Source: Octopus sinensis (Eukaryota). From it: 51,776 bases of DNA. Position 1 is the first letter of the stretch. Every line of letters starts with the position of its first letter. Positions 22,958 through 35,841 of the stretch are shown one piece after another. Location of the stretch: the NCBI RefSeq assembly GCF_006345805.1, contig NW_021834163.1, positions 1 to 51,776 on the forward strand, read 5' to 3'. The position numbers and the translations under genes were made by a program. Under the pieces are notes generated by a model. The model was not told the origin of the DNA. It saw nothing but the letters and a program-made list of their open reading frames with translations, and did not search any database.

Positions 22958-25900
22958 TAGTTTTATTTTTATAGCGTGCTTTCACTTCACTACCGAGAGC
23001 AGCTCTGTTTGCTTTAGGTATGTGCTGTGATTTGTTGTGATGCTTTGATGGTTATTGTATGGAAAGTGTTCTGCGTAGGATGTGTGCAGTGCCTAGTAGT
23101 GCAATTTTCTGTATGTTATATGTGTTTGTAAGTCCTGGTGTTTTTGTTATGTATTTGTCTGAATATGTTTTTTATCATGCCTAATGCACCTACTATGATA
23201 GGAATTGTTTCTGTTTTTTGATTCCACATTCTGGTTACCTCTATTTCCAGATCTTTGTATTTTGAGAGTTTCTCCATTTCTTTTAGAGACACGTTGTCAT
23301 CTGCCGGTATTGATACATCAATTAGAAAGCATTTTTTTCTTCGTGATCTCTGACAACTATATCTGGTCTGTTGGCCTTAATTTCTCTATCTGTGTGTATC
23401 GGCATATCCCAGAGTATGGTTGCTTTCTCTTTTTCTGTGGCCTTTTCTGGTGTGTGCCTATACTATCTTTTTTCTGTTGTTATTCCATAATGTTGGCATA
23501 GCTTCCAATGTATGTAGGTTCCAACTCTGTCATGTCTGTGAATATATTCCTTCTTAGCCAGGACTGGGCAGCTAGAGATAATATGATTTATTGTTTCTTG
23601 TCCATCTCCACATATTCTGCATTTACTTGTTATATTTCTTTTCATTACATGTTTTTGGTAATTTCTGGTGGGGAGGCTTTGGTCTTGTGCTGCAATTAAA
23701 AATCCCTCTGTCTCTGCTTTGAGTCCTGAGCTTCTCAACCATTGCTGGGATTTTTCTTTGTCTATTTCTTTTGCGTTTAGTTTAGTCCAGTATTTACCAT
23801 GAAGGGACTTTTCTTGCCATCGTTTTATCATGGTTCGTTGCTGTTCTATTTTTAGTTTGGATTTCATTTGTTTTATAGCTTTTGTTGTTTCTTCATCTTC
23901 TTCTTCTTCTTCTTCATGTTTATTAGGTGGTATGATTTCTTGTTTGTATTTGTCAGCTTCCTTAAATACTGAGAACAGTTTTTTGTTTTGCTCGTGTTTT
24001 GCCGCTATTTGTATCAGTTTTCCTTCCTTCTGAAGTAGATATTTTTGCAGTCCTATGGTGGTTATTTTATAGTAGTTTTCCAGCTGTATAAGACCTCTAC
24101 CATCTTCTATACGTTGTTTATATAGTCTTTCTATGTCAGATTTTGGGTGATGCATCCTAGATCCTGTCATTATTTTTCTTGTTTTCCTATCTATTTTGGT
24201 CAGTTCATTTAGTGTCCAGTTAAGGATATTGTAGCTGTAACTTATAACTGGGACAGCTAAAGTATTAATACCTATTATCTTGTTTTTAGCATTGAGCTCT
24301 GTTTTTAATATTGATCTAACTCGTCTATAATATTCTTTTTTTATTTTCTCTTTCATTTGTGTGTGTTGTGTCTTATCTAGTTCATGGATTCCTAAGTATT
24401 TGTAAGTTTGGCTTTGGTCTAATTCTTTTATTTCATTGGTTCTATCTAGTGTGATGTTGCTACTCTTAACTAGTTTTCCTCTTTTCATGGTTACTTTGGT
24501 GCATATTTCTAATCCAAATTTCATATTTATTTCTTTGGTAAATCCATGAACTGTCTTTAATAGTGTTTCCAGCTGTTTGTCATTAGCAGCGTATAGTTTT
24601 AGGTCATCCATATATAAAAGGTGGCTGATCGTTTTGCCGTAACATTTATATCCGCATCCAGTTCTATTTAGCATATCGGATAGAGGTGACAGTGCCAAGC
24701 AGAAAAGGAGTGGAGAGAGCGTGTCTCCCTGGAATATTCCTCTTCTAATGGTGATGGCTTTGGTTTTCATGAGTCCCTCTTTTGTTTGGAGCTGTAGCAC
24801 TGTTTGCCATTTATTCATAGAGTGCCCTATGAATTTTATAATTGTTGGTGCTACTTTGTTAATGGCTAGTGTTTCGAGGATCCATGTGTGGGGGATGCTA
24901 TCAAACGCCTTTTGTAGTCGATCCAGGCCATACTGAGGCCTTTCTTCTTTCTGTGGCTGTCTTCAGTTATGGCTTTATTAATCATTAGTTGATCTTTACA
25001 GCCATATGAGCCTTTGCGGCATCCTTTTTGCTCTTCTGGAAGCAGGTTGTTTTCGTCCAGGTGCTTGTTCAACCTTTGCGATATCACTGCAGTAAATGCC
25101 TTGTACATTGTAGGGAGACAGGTTATTGGTCTGTAGTTTTCTGGTTTTGCTGTCTCATTGGATTTGGGAATTAAGATGGTTTTCCCCTTCGTGAGCCATT
25201 CAGGCATTGTCTCTGGCTCTGCTAGTATGTTGTTAAAGTTTTCAGCCAGCTTTTTGTGCATTCCTGTTAGATATTTCAACCAGAAGTTGGGGATTTTGTC
25301 ATGCCCAGGTGCCTTCCAGTTGCTTAGTCTTTGCAGTGCCTGGATGACCTCTTCAGTTGTTATGGGGGTCCAAAGTTGCTCAGATGCCGAGTTTGTTGTT
25401 TTAATACTCCTTTTTTTGGTTGTTCGTTCGCCGACCATATTTCTCTCCAGAATTCTTCCACTTCTGCCGTTGGTGCTGCAGTGATTTCTATTTTATTTTT
25501 GCAAAGTTCTTGGTAGAACTTTTTGGGGTTGGAGTTGAACTTTTTGTTTTGTTCAAAGAAGCGCTGGCGTTTCTCGTACCGGCGGATCCTTTGTGCTTTG
25601 GCAAGGATATCTTGCTTCAGCTTTTCTTTTATCTCAGGTAAATCTTTTTCTATGATGGTATATTTGCGGAGTATTTTTGTTTTCTTTTTGTTGCTCTGTA
25701 GCGTTGATTATCTACTGATTTCATTAAGAATCGACAGATCTTTTCTCCTTTTTTGTATTTTCTTTTGGATGTTATTTATCCACAGGGTTTGTTTGGGTGG
25801 TAGTACTCCTGTTTGGATGGGTTTGAGTGAGTATCCAGCTTCTTTTGTGGCTGCAGTGGCTGCTGCGTATACTAAGTCATTTAGCTCAGTGATATCGCTT

Positions 25901-27048
25901 TTTGTTTCAGTGACTATTAGTTCCGTGACTGCTAGGTTTATGCTGTTTATAATTGGTGTTGTTGTTTCGTCTATTTTGATTTTGGGGAGGTATGGTCGGT
26001 GGTCCATTTTGAACTCTGTGGTTTTCAGTTCTTTGATTATTTTACTTTTTATATTATCATAATCATTAGGCTCCCCTTCATTGTTTCCAGGTTTTAGCTT
26101 TGTGTCGCTTTCTTTCTTATTTATATGTTTGTTTGCCGTGTTTTGGCTTGCTGTTTGTCGTGTTTTATTATGCATCCTTACGGTCTGGGTTTGTTGTTTT
26201 TTGTTTACATCGTGTTTGTTGGGAATGTTACATTTGTCTTCGTGTTTTACTGTTTCAGTGTTTATATTATTGGGCATTGTTGTGTGGCTTCTATCTACAT
26301 TGTCCATGTGTATTTTTTCTTTTAGATGTTCTATTTCTATTTCTGATATTTTTTTTGCGTTGAGAATGTATCTTCGTACGTTAGCTAATTTATTAGGGCT
26401 CATTGCTGTATCGAAGTCTATATTTATGTTATTTTCCTTCCATATTTCATATATATGTGTTGTTGTGTTTTCATTTTTTGGGTAGAGCACTGCTGTGAAG
26501 TATGCGTGTAGGATAGAAATGTATTCCTCACGTGTCCATTTATGTCTTTTGGGTTTTATTTGCGGGACATGAGGAACAACGTCCGGCCCATTATTTTGAC
26601 GGTCGTCATTTTCGTAGGGTACCGGTCCGTTCATTTCTGTTGTCACATTGTTTTGCACGGGTAGCTTTTCGTACATTTTGTGTTGTAAGTTTAAAGTACG
26701 TACCTCCCGATTGTTATTCTTGGGTTGAATAATATCGGTGGTATTTTATTTCTTCGTAGTTTCTTTGTACATGGTGTTTGGGGTCGGGGATGATCTGGTG
26801 TTGATGGATCGTAATGTATCACGCATGTTTACATGTGTTGTGTTAGAGGTGGAGATGATATCGAGTCAAAATACATCATTTCGTTTGGAAAATAGTAATA
26901 AATTTCAATTAGTATTACTTACTCAGATACAGTCCAATCCTTTGTTAGTAAATCTTTGGCTCCATACGATGTCCTTGTTTTCGATGTTTGTGGATAGATT
27001 TCAGAGCTCTGTTTTATCGTTCCTACATCTTAAACGTCCCCCGGTGTC

Positions 27049-27049
<1 letters not shown>
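22954..27049 (-). mobile_element. Near full-length R4/Dong-clade non-LTR retrotransposon (RT + CCHC + restriction-like endonuclease) with stops and frameshifts, inserted in (TAA)n
   Basis: KAPGHDKI..YRPITCLP..EEQKG; GIFQGDTLSPLLF; HLLYMDDLKLY; CRICGDGQETINHIISSC; RHDRVG; RPDIVVRD..LIDVSIP. AATAAA then (AAT)n at the 3' end; (TAT)n on both flanks. Confidence 0.9.
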
Positions 27050-27080
<31 letters not shown>

Positions 27081-27121
27081 TTATTATTATTATTATTATT
27101 ATTATCATTATTATTATTATT

Positions 27122-27156
<35 letters not shown>

Positions 27157-27712
27157 TATCCACTATCTGAGGTTCGACGTTTCTATAATGTCATCGATCC
27201 ATACAACACAACTGTGTTTGAGCGCTGTAATAAAGTATCTGCATACGAGTATTGTTTACCAAGGTGTTGCTATTTCAAATTATCTCCCCTCTTTTTGACA
27301 GTCGATAAATTCTGCCCCTAGATAACTTTCTTTTGAATGCCATCTGCTTTATATTCAAGCATCTTATCAGTTCATTTGTGTTCATTTTCTTTTAATAACA
27401 AAAAGTAAAACATAATTCCTTTCGTGACATTTTTTTATCGTCTCCCTTCATGGAAACTCAAGATCAAGAACAATAAAAGCTAAGATAAAATTTTATAAAA
27501 TTTCATTTTCACTTGAAGTTAATTCTCAAAGAGAGTGGAACTCTGTGTGATGTTTCTTTGACCTTCTCTTCCGCCTCTCTCTCTCTCCTCTTCACAATCA
27601 CCATTCATAAACAGACAGTTCCCAGTTTTCATAATTTAAACATTTCACGAGAAAGAAGACCAAGGAACAAGTTCAAATAATAAATGACGTTATCTTAAAC
27701 CTATTCTATCAT

Positions 27713-27777
<65 letters not shown>

Positions 27778-27912
27778 CTATGAGAGGTAATGGTGTCAGG
27801 GAGAGCCAAAGGTGTCAGGTAATGCTGAGTAAGCGCTTGGGACAGACTATAGTTAAGCTCCAGATTCGGTGATTATGCGAATGAGGAGTTCAATGTAGGT
27901 CAAATGTTAGCA

Positions 27913-27953
<41 letters not shown>

Positions 27954-29237
27954 CAGGGTGAGGAAGCAAAATTTACAATATTTTGAGGCAGGATTGAAAG
28001 ACAGTGTATGACCAATTATTTTATTGAAAGTTATGAGAATTTATTTGCCACAAGAAAATTTACATAATAGAAAATGTTTTTATTCTATGTGTCCTCCTTC
28101 TTTCTCAATAACTGCTTCCTGAAACTTGTACAAGTATTCCTCAAATATTCGGGAGACAATTTCTCCCATTCTTCTGTAATAGTATCTTTAAGAGAGTCGA
28201 CATTGCTGTGTGATGTTCTATTGGTAGCATGTTCTAAAATGCCCCAAATAGCATAATCCAGAGGGTTTAGATCTGGGCTAGAAGGCGGCCATAAACATGA
28301 TTCCCCAAAATTGCTAAAGTTGGATTTGCAGAAATCTTGTATTTTTCTGGCCGTGTGGGCTGGAGCACCATCCTGTGTCCATACATAATTACCATCTGGG
28401 TAGTTTGCTTTAAGCCATGGCAATACCTGATATCTCAGAGTCTTGTAGTAAGTATTAACATTGATCTTTTCATCAGCTTTGTAGAATTTTATAGGCATTT
28501 TCTTTCCATCGGAAGCCACAACACCAAAAGCCATAACTTGTGCAGGATGTTTTGTTTTGTTTTGAATGTCCCCTTAACCTCAGCTGTTGATTTTGCAATA
28601 AATCTGTCATTTCTGCGGTTCAGAACAGCATCGATAGTGAAGATCTTTTCATCTGAAAAGATTGTTACAATGGAGGACTTTTTCTTGAACCATATAATAA
28701 TTTTCTTGCACCTCTCCAATCTCTTTTCCTTCATAGCTGTTGTCAACAAATGTTTTGGTGTTCTTGTGTAAGATTTTAACCTCAAATCATATTTTACTGC
28801 ATTTCTAATGGTCTTCTTGTCTACCTCAAGTTCAATTGCCATTTTTCTCATGGATTTGGTTGGATCCTTTAGGATTTTGGATTTGGGAGCTTTAATAAAA
28901 GCTTTGGTACGTTTTTTGTCGATTCCTCCACTTCCAGACTTCCTCGTAATAGTTTTGCTCATAGTCATTCTATTCTTTACATTCTAAACAGTCTTTATGG
29001 ACACTCCAACTATCCTTGAAATCTCTTTTGGTGTGACGAGTGCATTCAGCAAATCACACACTCTTTGACGTTTGCTTTCCTGATTACTCATATGGGCAAA
29101 AGTTTCTGAAAAGGTAAGGATAATAGTGTTAGGTATGAGTATTACATCAGTATATGCTAGGTTTCAAAACAACTGACTTTGTGCCTCCCGAGAAAAAGCA
29201 ACTTAACGTTCATTGTAAATTTAGCTTCCTCACCATG
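27954..29237 (-). mobile_element. Tc1/mariner superfamily DD37D (maT-type) transposon, full length, with disrupted transposase
   Basis: TIRs cagggtgaggaagcaaaatttacaat / attgtaaatttagcttcctcaccatg, TA flanks. ORF from ATG 29091 has a stop and frameshifts; IFSDEK, QDGAPAH and SPDLNPLDY with 37 residues between the 2nd and 3rd D. Confidence 0.92.
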
Positions 29238-29247
29238 TATATATATA

Positions 29248-29297
<50 letters not shown>

Positions 29298-29304
<7 letters not shown>

Positions 29305-29533
29305 CCGGAGATAAAAAATCCAAGGTTGTGAAGGATTTCAGAACCTGTTTGCATTCCTCCACTTAACTCTGTATTTCATATCTTCTCGATAATAACCATT
29401 ACTTGACCATTTTCTCGCACCGTCTCTGATGAAGGGATATATAAAATATCCCGGAAACAGCTGTAAGACCTCTTTATAAATGTTCTGAAATCTTTCACAG
29501 CCTTGGATTTTTTAAATCTCATTCTGTTAATTT
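29298..29533 (+). mobile_element. 236-bp inverted-repeat element containing a hammerhead motif, inside (TA)n
   Basis: Arms 29298-29344 and 29482-29533. Confidence 0.8.
29422..29469 (+). ncRNA. Minimal type I hammerhead ribozyme motif
   Basis: GUCU-CUGAUGA-a-GGGAUAU-auaaa-AUAUCCC-g-GAAAC-AGCU-GUA|AGAC. Confidence 0.85.
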
Positions 29534-29742
29534 ACATATATATATATTTTATTTCATGTAATGTTTTTATTAATCAATTAAAGGAGTCGCTTGATACGGC
29601 CGAAATGAATTGACACCTGTACATTTTCGTTACCCATTTATGGATATATATATATATATATATATACACATAATATACATACATACATACATATATACAT
29701 ACATATATATATATATACATAAATATACATACATACATACAT

Positions 29743-29795
<53 letters not shown>

Positions 29796-30816
29796 ATGTA
29801 TATATATACCTCTCTCCCTCTGTCTCGTATCGTTATCATTTACAGACGTATAGTTCTTAGTCATGCGACTGACATTCCGTTCAAGTGTCTCTCAGTCAAT
29901 CTGTTCAAAGACTGCAACAAGAATATTCAAAACATTACTTAACACACACACACACAGACACACACACACACACACACAGACACACACACTCACACACACA
30001 CACACACACATACACACACACACACACACACACTCTCTCTCTCTCTCTCTCTCTCTATCTCACTCACACACGTGTGTGTGTCCGTTTTGGAGCTGACTAT
30101 GCTCAGAGAGTGCAAATACGATAAGAAAGCGAAAGGGTTAACTCAACTAGGAATCGATCTGTATTGAACAGGAGTTGCTTTTCGCTACCATATCACGATC
30201 TTGTTGGTGCCCCCGCCCCCCTATGTGTGCCGTATTGCAGAATCAGAAGAATTCTTGGCAATATGTTGTTTTCTGTTTAGCTTCGCACATTGAGTTCATG
30301 TCTTACTGTAATTGTTTAAACGTTCCAGGATCGATAAACTAAGTACCAGCCAAATATTAGTCTGGATGTGGTTAAGTATGAAACTTCTCAAGAAAAAGAA
30401 ATGGTGCTTTTGTTAAGATTCAGTATATTAGGTTAATGGAAGTTATGTGCGACGACGTTCACACCTCAGAATTATCTTCGAAACATCTACAGCTGGCCGA
30501 AACACCTCTTGCACGAACCAATCGATATATAAGAATTAGTGAAACGTGAGGAAAAAACCTCACACACACACACACACATACATTGCATATACCTGTAATG
30601 TGTGTATACACATTGCATGCATACATTCACATACACATACTAGAATGAAAAATACCTCATACAAAATAAAAAAAAACCAAACCAAAGCGTTATATAAGTA
30701 AAGATTATTTTATGAAGTTGGATTCTGACTTCAATAATGTTTCCTCTAAAGTGCATGCGCTAAAATAACAAAAGCCAACAAAGATTTAAAAAAAACACAT
30801 ATAAAAAGTGGAGCGT

Positions 30817-31186
30817 AGTCTGTATGCTAACGTAAAGTAGCAGTCCTGTTTAGCCCCAGCAAAACATCTTTTCTAGCCGGTTACCGACACATCATCTGTA
30901 TCCGTATACTGCGAGGACAAGGGAGATAATGCTCCCCCTCCAGTCCTAGCGATACCTGCAGGCGAATGGTTTCCGGATTATTCCTTGCACCGAGGAAAGA
31001 AAATAACCCAGAAACCATTGCTCTACAGGCATGCTAAGGCTGCAGGAGGAGTATTAGCTCCCTTGCTCGCAGTATACGGACATAGATGATGTGTAGGCAG
31101 CCAGCTGGAAAAGATGTTTTCCTGGGGCTAAACACTAGTAACATCTTCCTAAGCAGGACTGCCACTTTACGTTGGCAAATAAGATT
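30817..31186. repeat. ~370-bp imperfect foldback (MITE-like)
   Basis: Arms pair throughout, e.g. gtttagccccagcaaaacatctttt / aaaagatgttttcctggggctaaac and tccgtatactgcgag / ctcgcagtatacgga; loop near 30985-30997. Confidence 0.85.
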
Positions 31187-32271
31187 TACTATCCAGTACT
31201 GTTACTACATATTTCTCGCTCAGAGATTTAAAGCTAAAAAGTGGGACCTTTTCGTTCAGCAAAGAATATTTTCTTCTGAATATAGAATGAATCTGTCTCT
31301 TGCCATGAAAAATTTACCAAATCTTCATTTGCTTTTACTCTTTTCCTAGTTCCCATTCTATAGGTAGTTGCCAGGCTGGAGCAACGCCTTCAAGTATTTT
31401 AGTCAATCATCTCAACCTCTGTAACTATTTCAAACTGCTATATATTTCATCGAACTCTATTGTCGTTCAGCTATGTCACACATCATAAAGAGACAAAACA
31501 AACGCAAATAAAACAACACTGGTTCGTAAACCAGTGTTGTCCCCACCTTCACACACGTACACTAACATACACATACACACGCACAAACACACATGCACAC
31601 ACCACACACACAAAGCATACGCACATATACACACACACGCACACACACACACACACGAAGAAAATGTTATCAAAGTGCTTAAGGTTATCGAGATAAAAAC
31701 CCTTCAATAAGAAAACGGAGCGACAACCATTTACGCCAAACGATTGGAACCGAAGAGAAGAAACGCCATGGCCACCTTCAACAGTCCAAAACCAGACGAA
31801 TAAGCTAATGCACGAGGAGGGATCATATCAGAATGTAGCAACCGAAGACATACGATTGGCTTAAGAGTATTGGATTAAAGGTAGAGATGTGTCTGTATTT
31901 CAAAATGTACAAAGAGTTACAAGATCAATGCCACAGAAGTTTCGTTGACCATACTGATTACTATTAAGTTGACATGTTCTGAAATGTAACCATCCATACC
32001 GAGAAAATCCAAGTCGGACATCAAAGCTGATCAAATACAAAGACTTGGAGATCGAAATGATTAGGGATGTGGAATATAAAGACTGAAGCAATAACTAGTG
32101 GTCACTGGAACTCTAGAACTCGCGAAGAAGGGAATGGAAAAGATTATTAAGCTTATCATGGTTCAGGAGGTCCTGGAAAAGTACTTGTAATATCTGAGAC
32201 GCAACGGAGAGTGCGGTCAGTCACATAACTTCTTTCTCACAGTGCCACATGCGAACACTTTAGATTTGGCA

Positions 32272-32631
32272 CTCGTGGCACTCCGTCGGTTACGACGACG
32301 AGGGTTCCAGTTGATCCGATTAACGGAACAGCCTGCTCATGAAATTAACGTGCAAGTGGATGAGCACTCCACAGATACGTGTACCCTTAACGTAGTTCTC
32401 GGGGAGATTCGGCGTGACACAGAGTGTGACAAAGCTGGCCCTTTGAAATACAGGTACAAAAGAAACAAGGAGAAAGAGTGAGAAAAAGTTGTGGTGAAAG
32501 AGTACAGCAGGTGTCACCACCCCACCTGCCGGAGCTTTAGGTGTTTTCGCTCAATAAACACTCGCAGCACCCGGTCTTGGAATCGAAACCGCGATTTCGC
32601 TGCCCTAACCACTGGGCCATTGCGCCTCCAC
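32272..32631 (-). mobile_element. tRNA-derived SINE, family 3
   Basis: Minus-strand head ggaggcgcaatggcccagtggttagggcagc..ggtttcgattcc; second copy at 32870-33247. Confidence 0.8.
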
Positions 32632-32869
32632 TGATTTGGCACTACAGAGTATAACACAGGAAGCACAAAGGAAGAACAATAACAGCATCAGCAACAGTAA
32701 GGGAGGGGAAATCAGTTGAGTGTAAGACGAAATACTTTGGGGTATGAACTTCCAACCCTTTAGGTGTTGCGTTCGAATATCACCAAGTCAGCTGATTTTT
32801 GTTCAACTCAATTAATTCATTATTAGACACTGGATCAATATAAACGACTATAGAAATTATAAGTAAAAC

Positions 32870-33247
32870 GTGACACTCGGTCGGTTACGACGACGAGGGT
32901 TCCAGATGATTCGATCAATGGAACAGCCTGCTCGTGGAATTAACGTGCTGAGCACTTCACAGACACGTGTACTCTTAACGTAGTTCTCGGGGAGATTCAG
33001 CGTTACACAGAGTGTGACAAGGCTGGCTCCTTTGAAATACAGGGACAATAGAAACAGGAAAAAAGAGTGAGAGGAAGTTGTGGTGAAAGAGTACAGCAAG
33101 GGTTCGCCACCACTCTCTGCCGGAGCCTCGTGGAGCTTTAGGTGTCTTTCGCTCAACAAACACTCACAACACCCGGTCTTGGAAATGAAACCGCGATCCT
33201 ACAGCCGCAAGTCCGCTGCCCTAATCACTGGGCCATTGCGCCTCCAC
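32870..33247 (-). mobile_element. tRNA-derived SINE, family 3
   Basis: Direct copy of 32272-32631. Confidence 0.8.
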
Positions 33248-33574
33248 AATAAATATATTTATTGATTTCTAAAAGTTGATTGATTATCAGGTTTAGTGAA
33301 TTGATTGGAAGATTGATTAGAGTGATGGAGAAAATCCTTTCGGTATTTAACTTACGTTCCTTTATGTTCTGAGTTCAAATCTCACCTTGGTCGACTTACC
33401 TTTTATCCTTACGAGGGAAATAAAATTAAATTGGAATTGTGTGGATCAATGTAATCAACTCTATATTGTCCCTCCCTTAAAAACTCAGGTATTGTGCCGT
33501 TATCAGGAAAGATGTCTATCATCACTCAATTCTTTATTCATTAATCATTTGATCATGTCTATACTTGTATAGAT

Positions 33575-33741
33575 CGTATTTTAACGTGTATAAGGAACCC
33601 TTTTTTGTCTAAATTTAGGTTTTAAAAAGTATGGGAGTTTCTTATATATGGATAGTATTATAATCCCTTACAAAGCCATTTTTTCCCAAACTAAGCCGCC
33701 CCGCCAAATTAGGGGATTCCTTATATACGTTAAAATACAAT
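33575..33741. mobile_element. Small MITE (Tc1/pogo-like termini)
   Basis: gtattttaacgtgtataaggaaccc / gggattccttatatacgttaaaatac inverted termini. Confidence 0.6.
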
Positions 33742-34450
33742 ACTTCTTTTATATCCTCATAAATCCATTAGAGAAGATTTTAGATTTACGTACTGAAGAG
33801 ATTTCGTGATGTTCGTACACTTACTAACAGTATTAACTGCGTTAAAGAAATGGCAACAAACGAGAAACAGAACAAAATCATTCTTTCTGTCTTTGTCTCA
33901 AGTCTGTGGATCTCATTCCAATTTTCTGAAATATTTTCATTGGTTGTTAATTTACGAGAACCGAATAAAGAAAACTAACAATTCTTTTTAAAAATATATT
34001 TTGCTGGTCGACACAAGAGGCGTAGCAGATGTATTATAAAGCTAGCATTGTTTTTTGAATAACTAGTTAGGTGGCTGTATAACACGTGACCTTCTCAATA
34101 AAAAATAATAATAATAAAAGAAGCTGGCTAGATTATTCAAGCAAACTAATACGATTTCGTCCTCTCTCGTAAATATTGTGACGTTAACATGTCTGAACAT
34201 ACGTTTGTATAAGCTGTTTCCGGGCACCCCATCCGTGGGAAGATCCCGAATGCTACAGCTTGAATTACAAAAATACTTGTCTTCTCAGCTAACCTCCTTC
34301 CCAGTGCTATCTATACAGGACGCCATTTTCAAAATGAAACACTTCCGGTCTGTTCGTGCTAAATCGCTCCTTGTGTGCTGAGATTGTTCTATTGAGGATA
34401 TTAATACTTCAAATGTGCTCGTTTGAAACTAATTCAGAAAACTGCTTCAC

Positions 34451-34499
<49 letters not shown>

Positions 34500-34817
34500 T
34501 CTCTCTTTATCTATCTATCTGGGCGAACTATTTTCATATTCATCCATATTTTCATCACATTTATTCCACTTATTATAAAACTACAATGTGTGTTTAAAGC
34601 TTGTCTTGTTTCTATATCTTCCTTGTGCACAATTAGTTCCCCACTTCCATCACTCATCACTGTTTGTGTTGTCAATCATGCTGACGTACAAGTTTTGGCT
34701 AAAGCTTTTTCAAACAAGTTGGTATTTGACTGATGAGGGAAAGTAACAAGGTGTTTAACATCAATTTATACTATAGTGCTCTTAATATATTTTGTTATAT
34801 TATTATTATTATTATCA

Positions 34818-34876
<59 letters not shown>

Positions 34877-34919
34877 TATTATTATTATATTATTATTATC
34901 ATTATTATTATTATTATTA

Positions 34920-35385
34920 ACTACACACAACAGATTAGATTATTGAAAAAAATTCCTAACATCGGACTACAAATAAACTTAGATACCAAGAACCCACCTT
35001 AGTATCCTAGCTGTCCCCAATAACATTGTTTTCTGCAGCTGTACTAAATTTAGTTTTATACCTATTTCCTCTATCCACCCGTTCAAATCTTTAGGGATAG
35101 TTCCCAGTGCACCCATAACTACTGGGATACATTTTACCCGCACTTTCCATAGTCTCTGTAATTCAATGGCTAGGTCCCGATACTTTGCTATTTTCCCTAA
35201 ACCACTCATATTGACTTTCACATCATTTGAGACTGTAAAGTCAATTATCTGTTGCTTTCTATTATCTTTGTCTACTACTACCAAACCAGGCTTCTAGCTT
35301 CTATTACTCTGTCAGTCTAAATGTTAAAATCCCACAACGTCTTTATATTTCTTACTTTCTAGTACTTTACTAGGTTCATATTCAT
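34920..35385 (-). mobile_element. R4/Dong-like 3' fragment (restriction-like endonuclease) between (TAT)n tracts
   Basis: VVVDKDNRKQQIIDFTV..KIAKYRDLAIELQRLW..PVVMGALG. Confidence 0.8.
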
Positions 35386-35388
35386 TAC

Positions 35389-35429
<41 letters not shown>

Positions 35430-35794
35430 TGTTGTTGTTGTTGTTGTTATTGTTATCCACTATGTGAGGTTCGATGTTTCTTCTTCTCATTATTATTATT
35501 ATTATTTGTATTACATATCATATCATTATATAATGAATACTAACTCGATTGAGGGAACAGTTAATTCACTCTGAAAAAGCAATTCCTCATTTGATTAATC
35601 CAATCTTATTTTAGACAATTGCATTTTGATAATGTCAAGTGAGAATATTACACGACGAAGAGTTTCAAATCTCTTTCTGTCCTCCTTTCTATCTTTCATA
35701 CACACACGCTCATATACATGCACTCTCCCGCTCTCTCTCTCTTTCTAGCACATGTTTTTTCTTACCTATCTTCTTTGCTACCACTAGTTTGTTG

Positions 35795-35841
<47 letters not shown>

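Noticed and set aside
25523-26485. Hydrophobic + strand ORFs (also 1312-1854)
   Set aside because: Antisense shadows of A-rich retrotransposon ORFs.
26960-27049. Possible HDV-like ribozyme at the 5' end of the R4/Dong element
   Set aside because: I could not build the nested double pseudoknot from the sequence.
34730-34760. CTGATGA at 34730 (also 3715 minus-context and 50196)
   Set aside because: No stem II / GAAA / UH arrangement; treated as chance matches.
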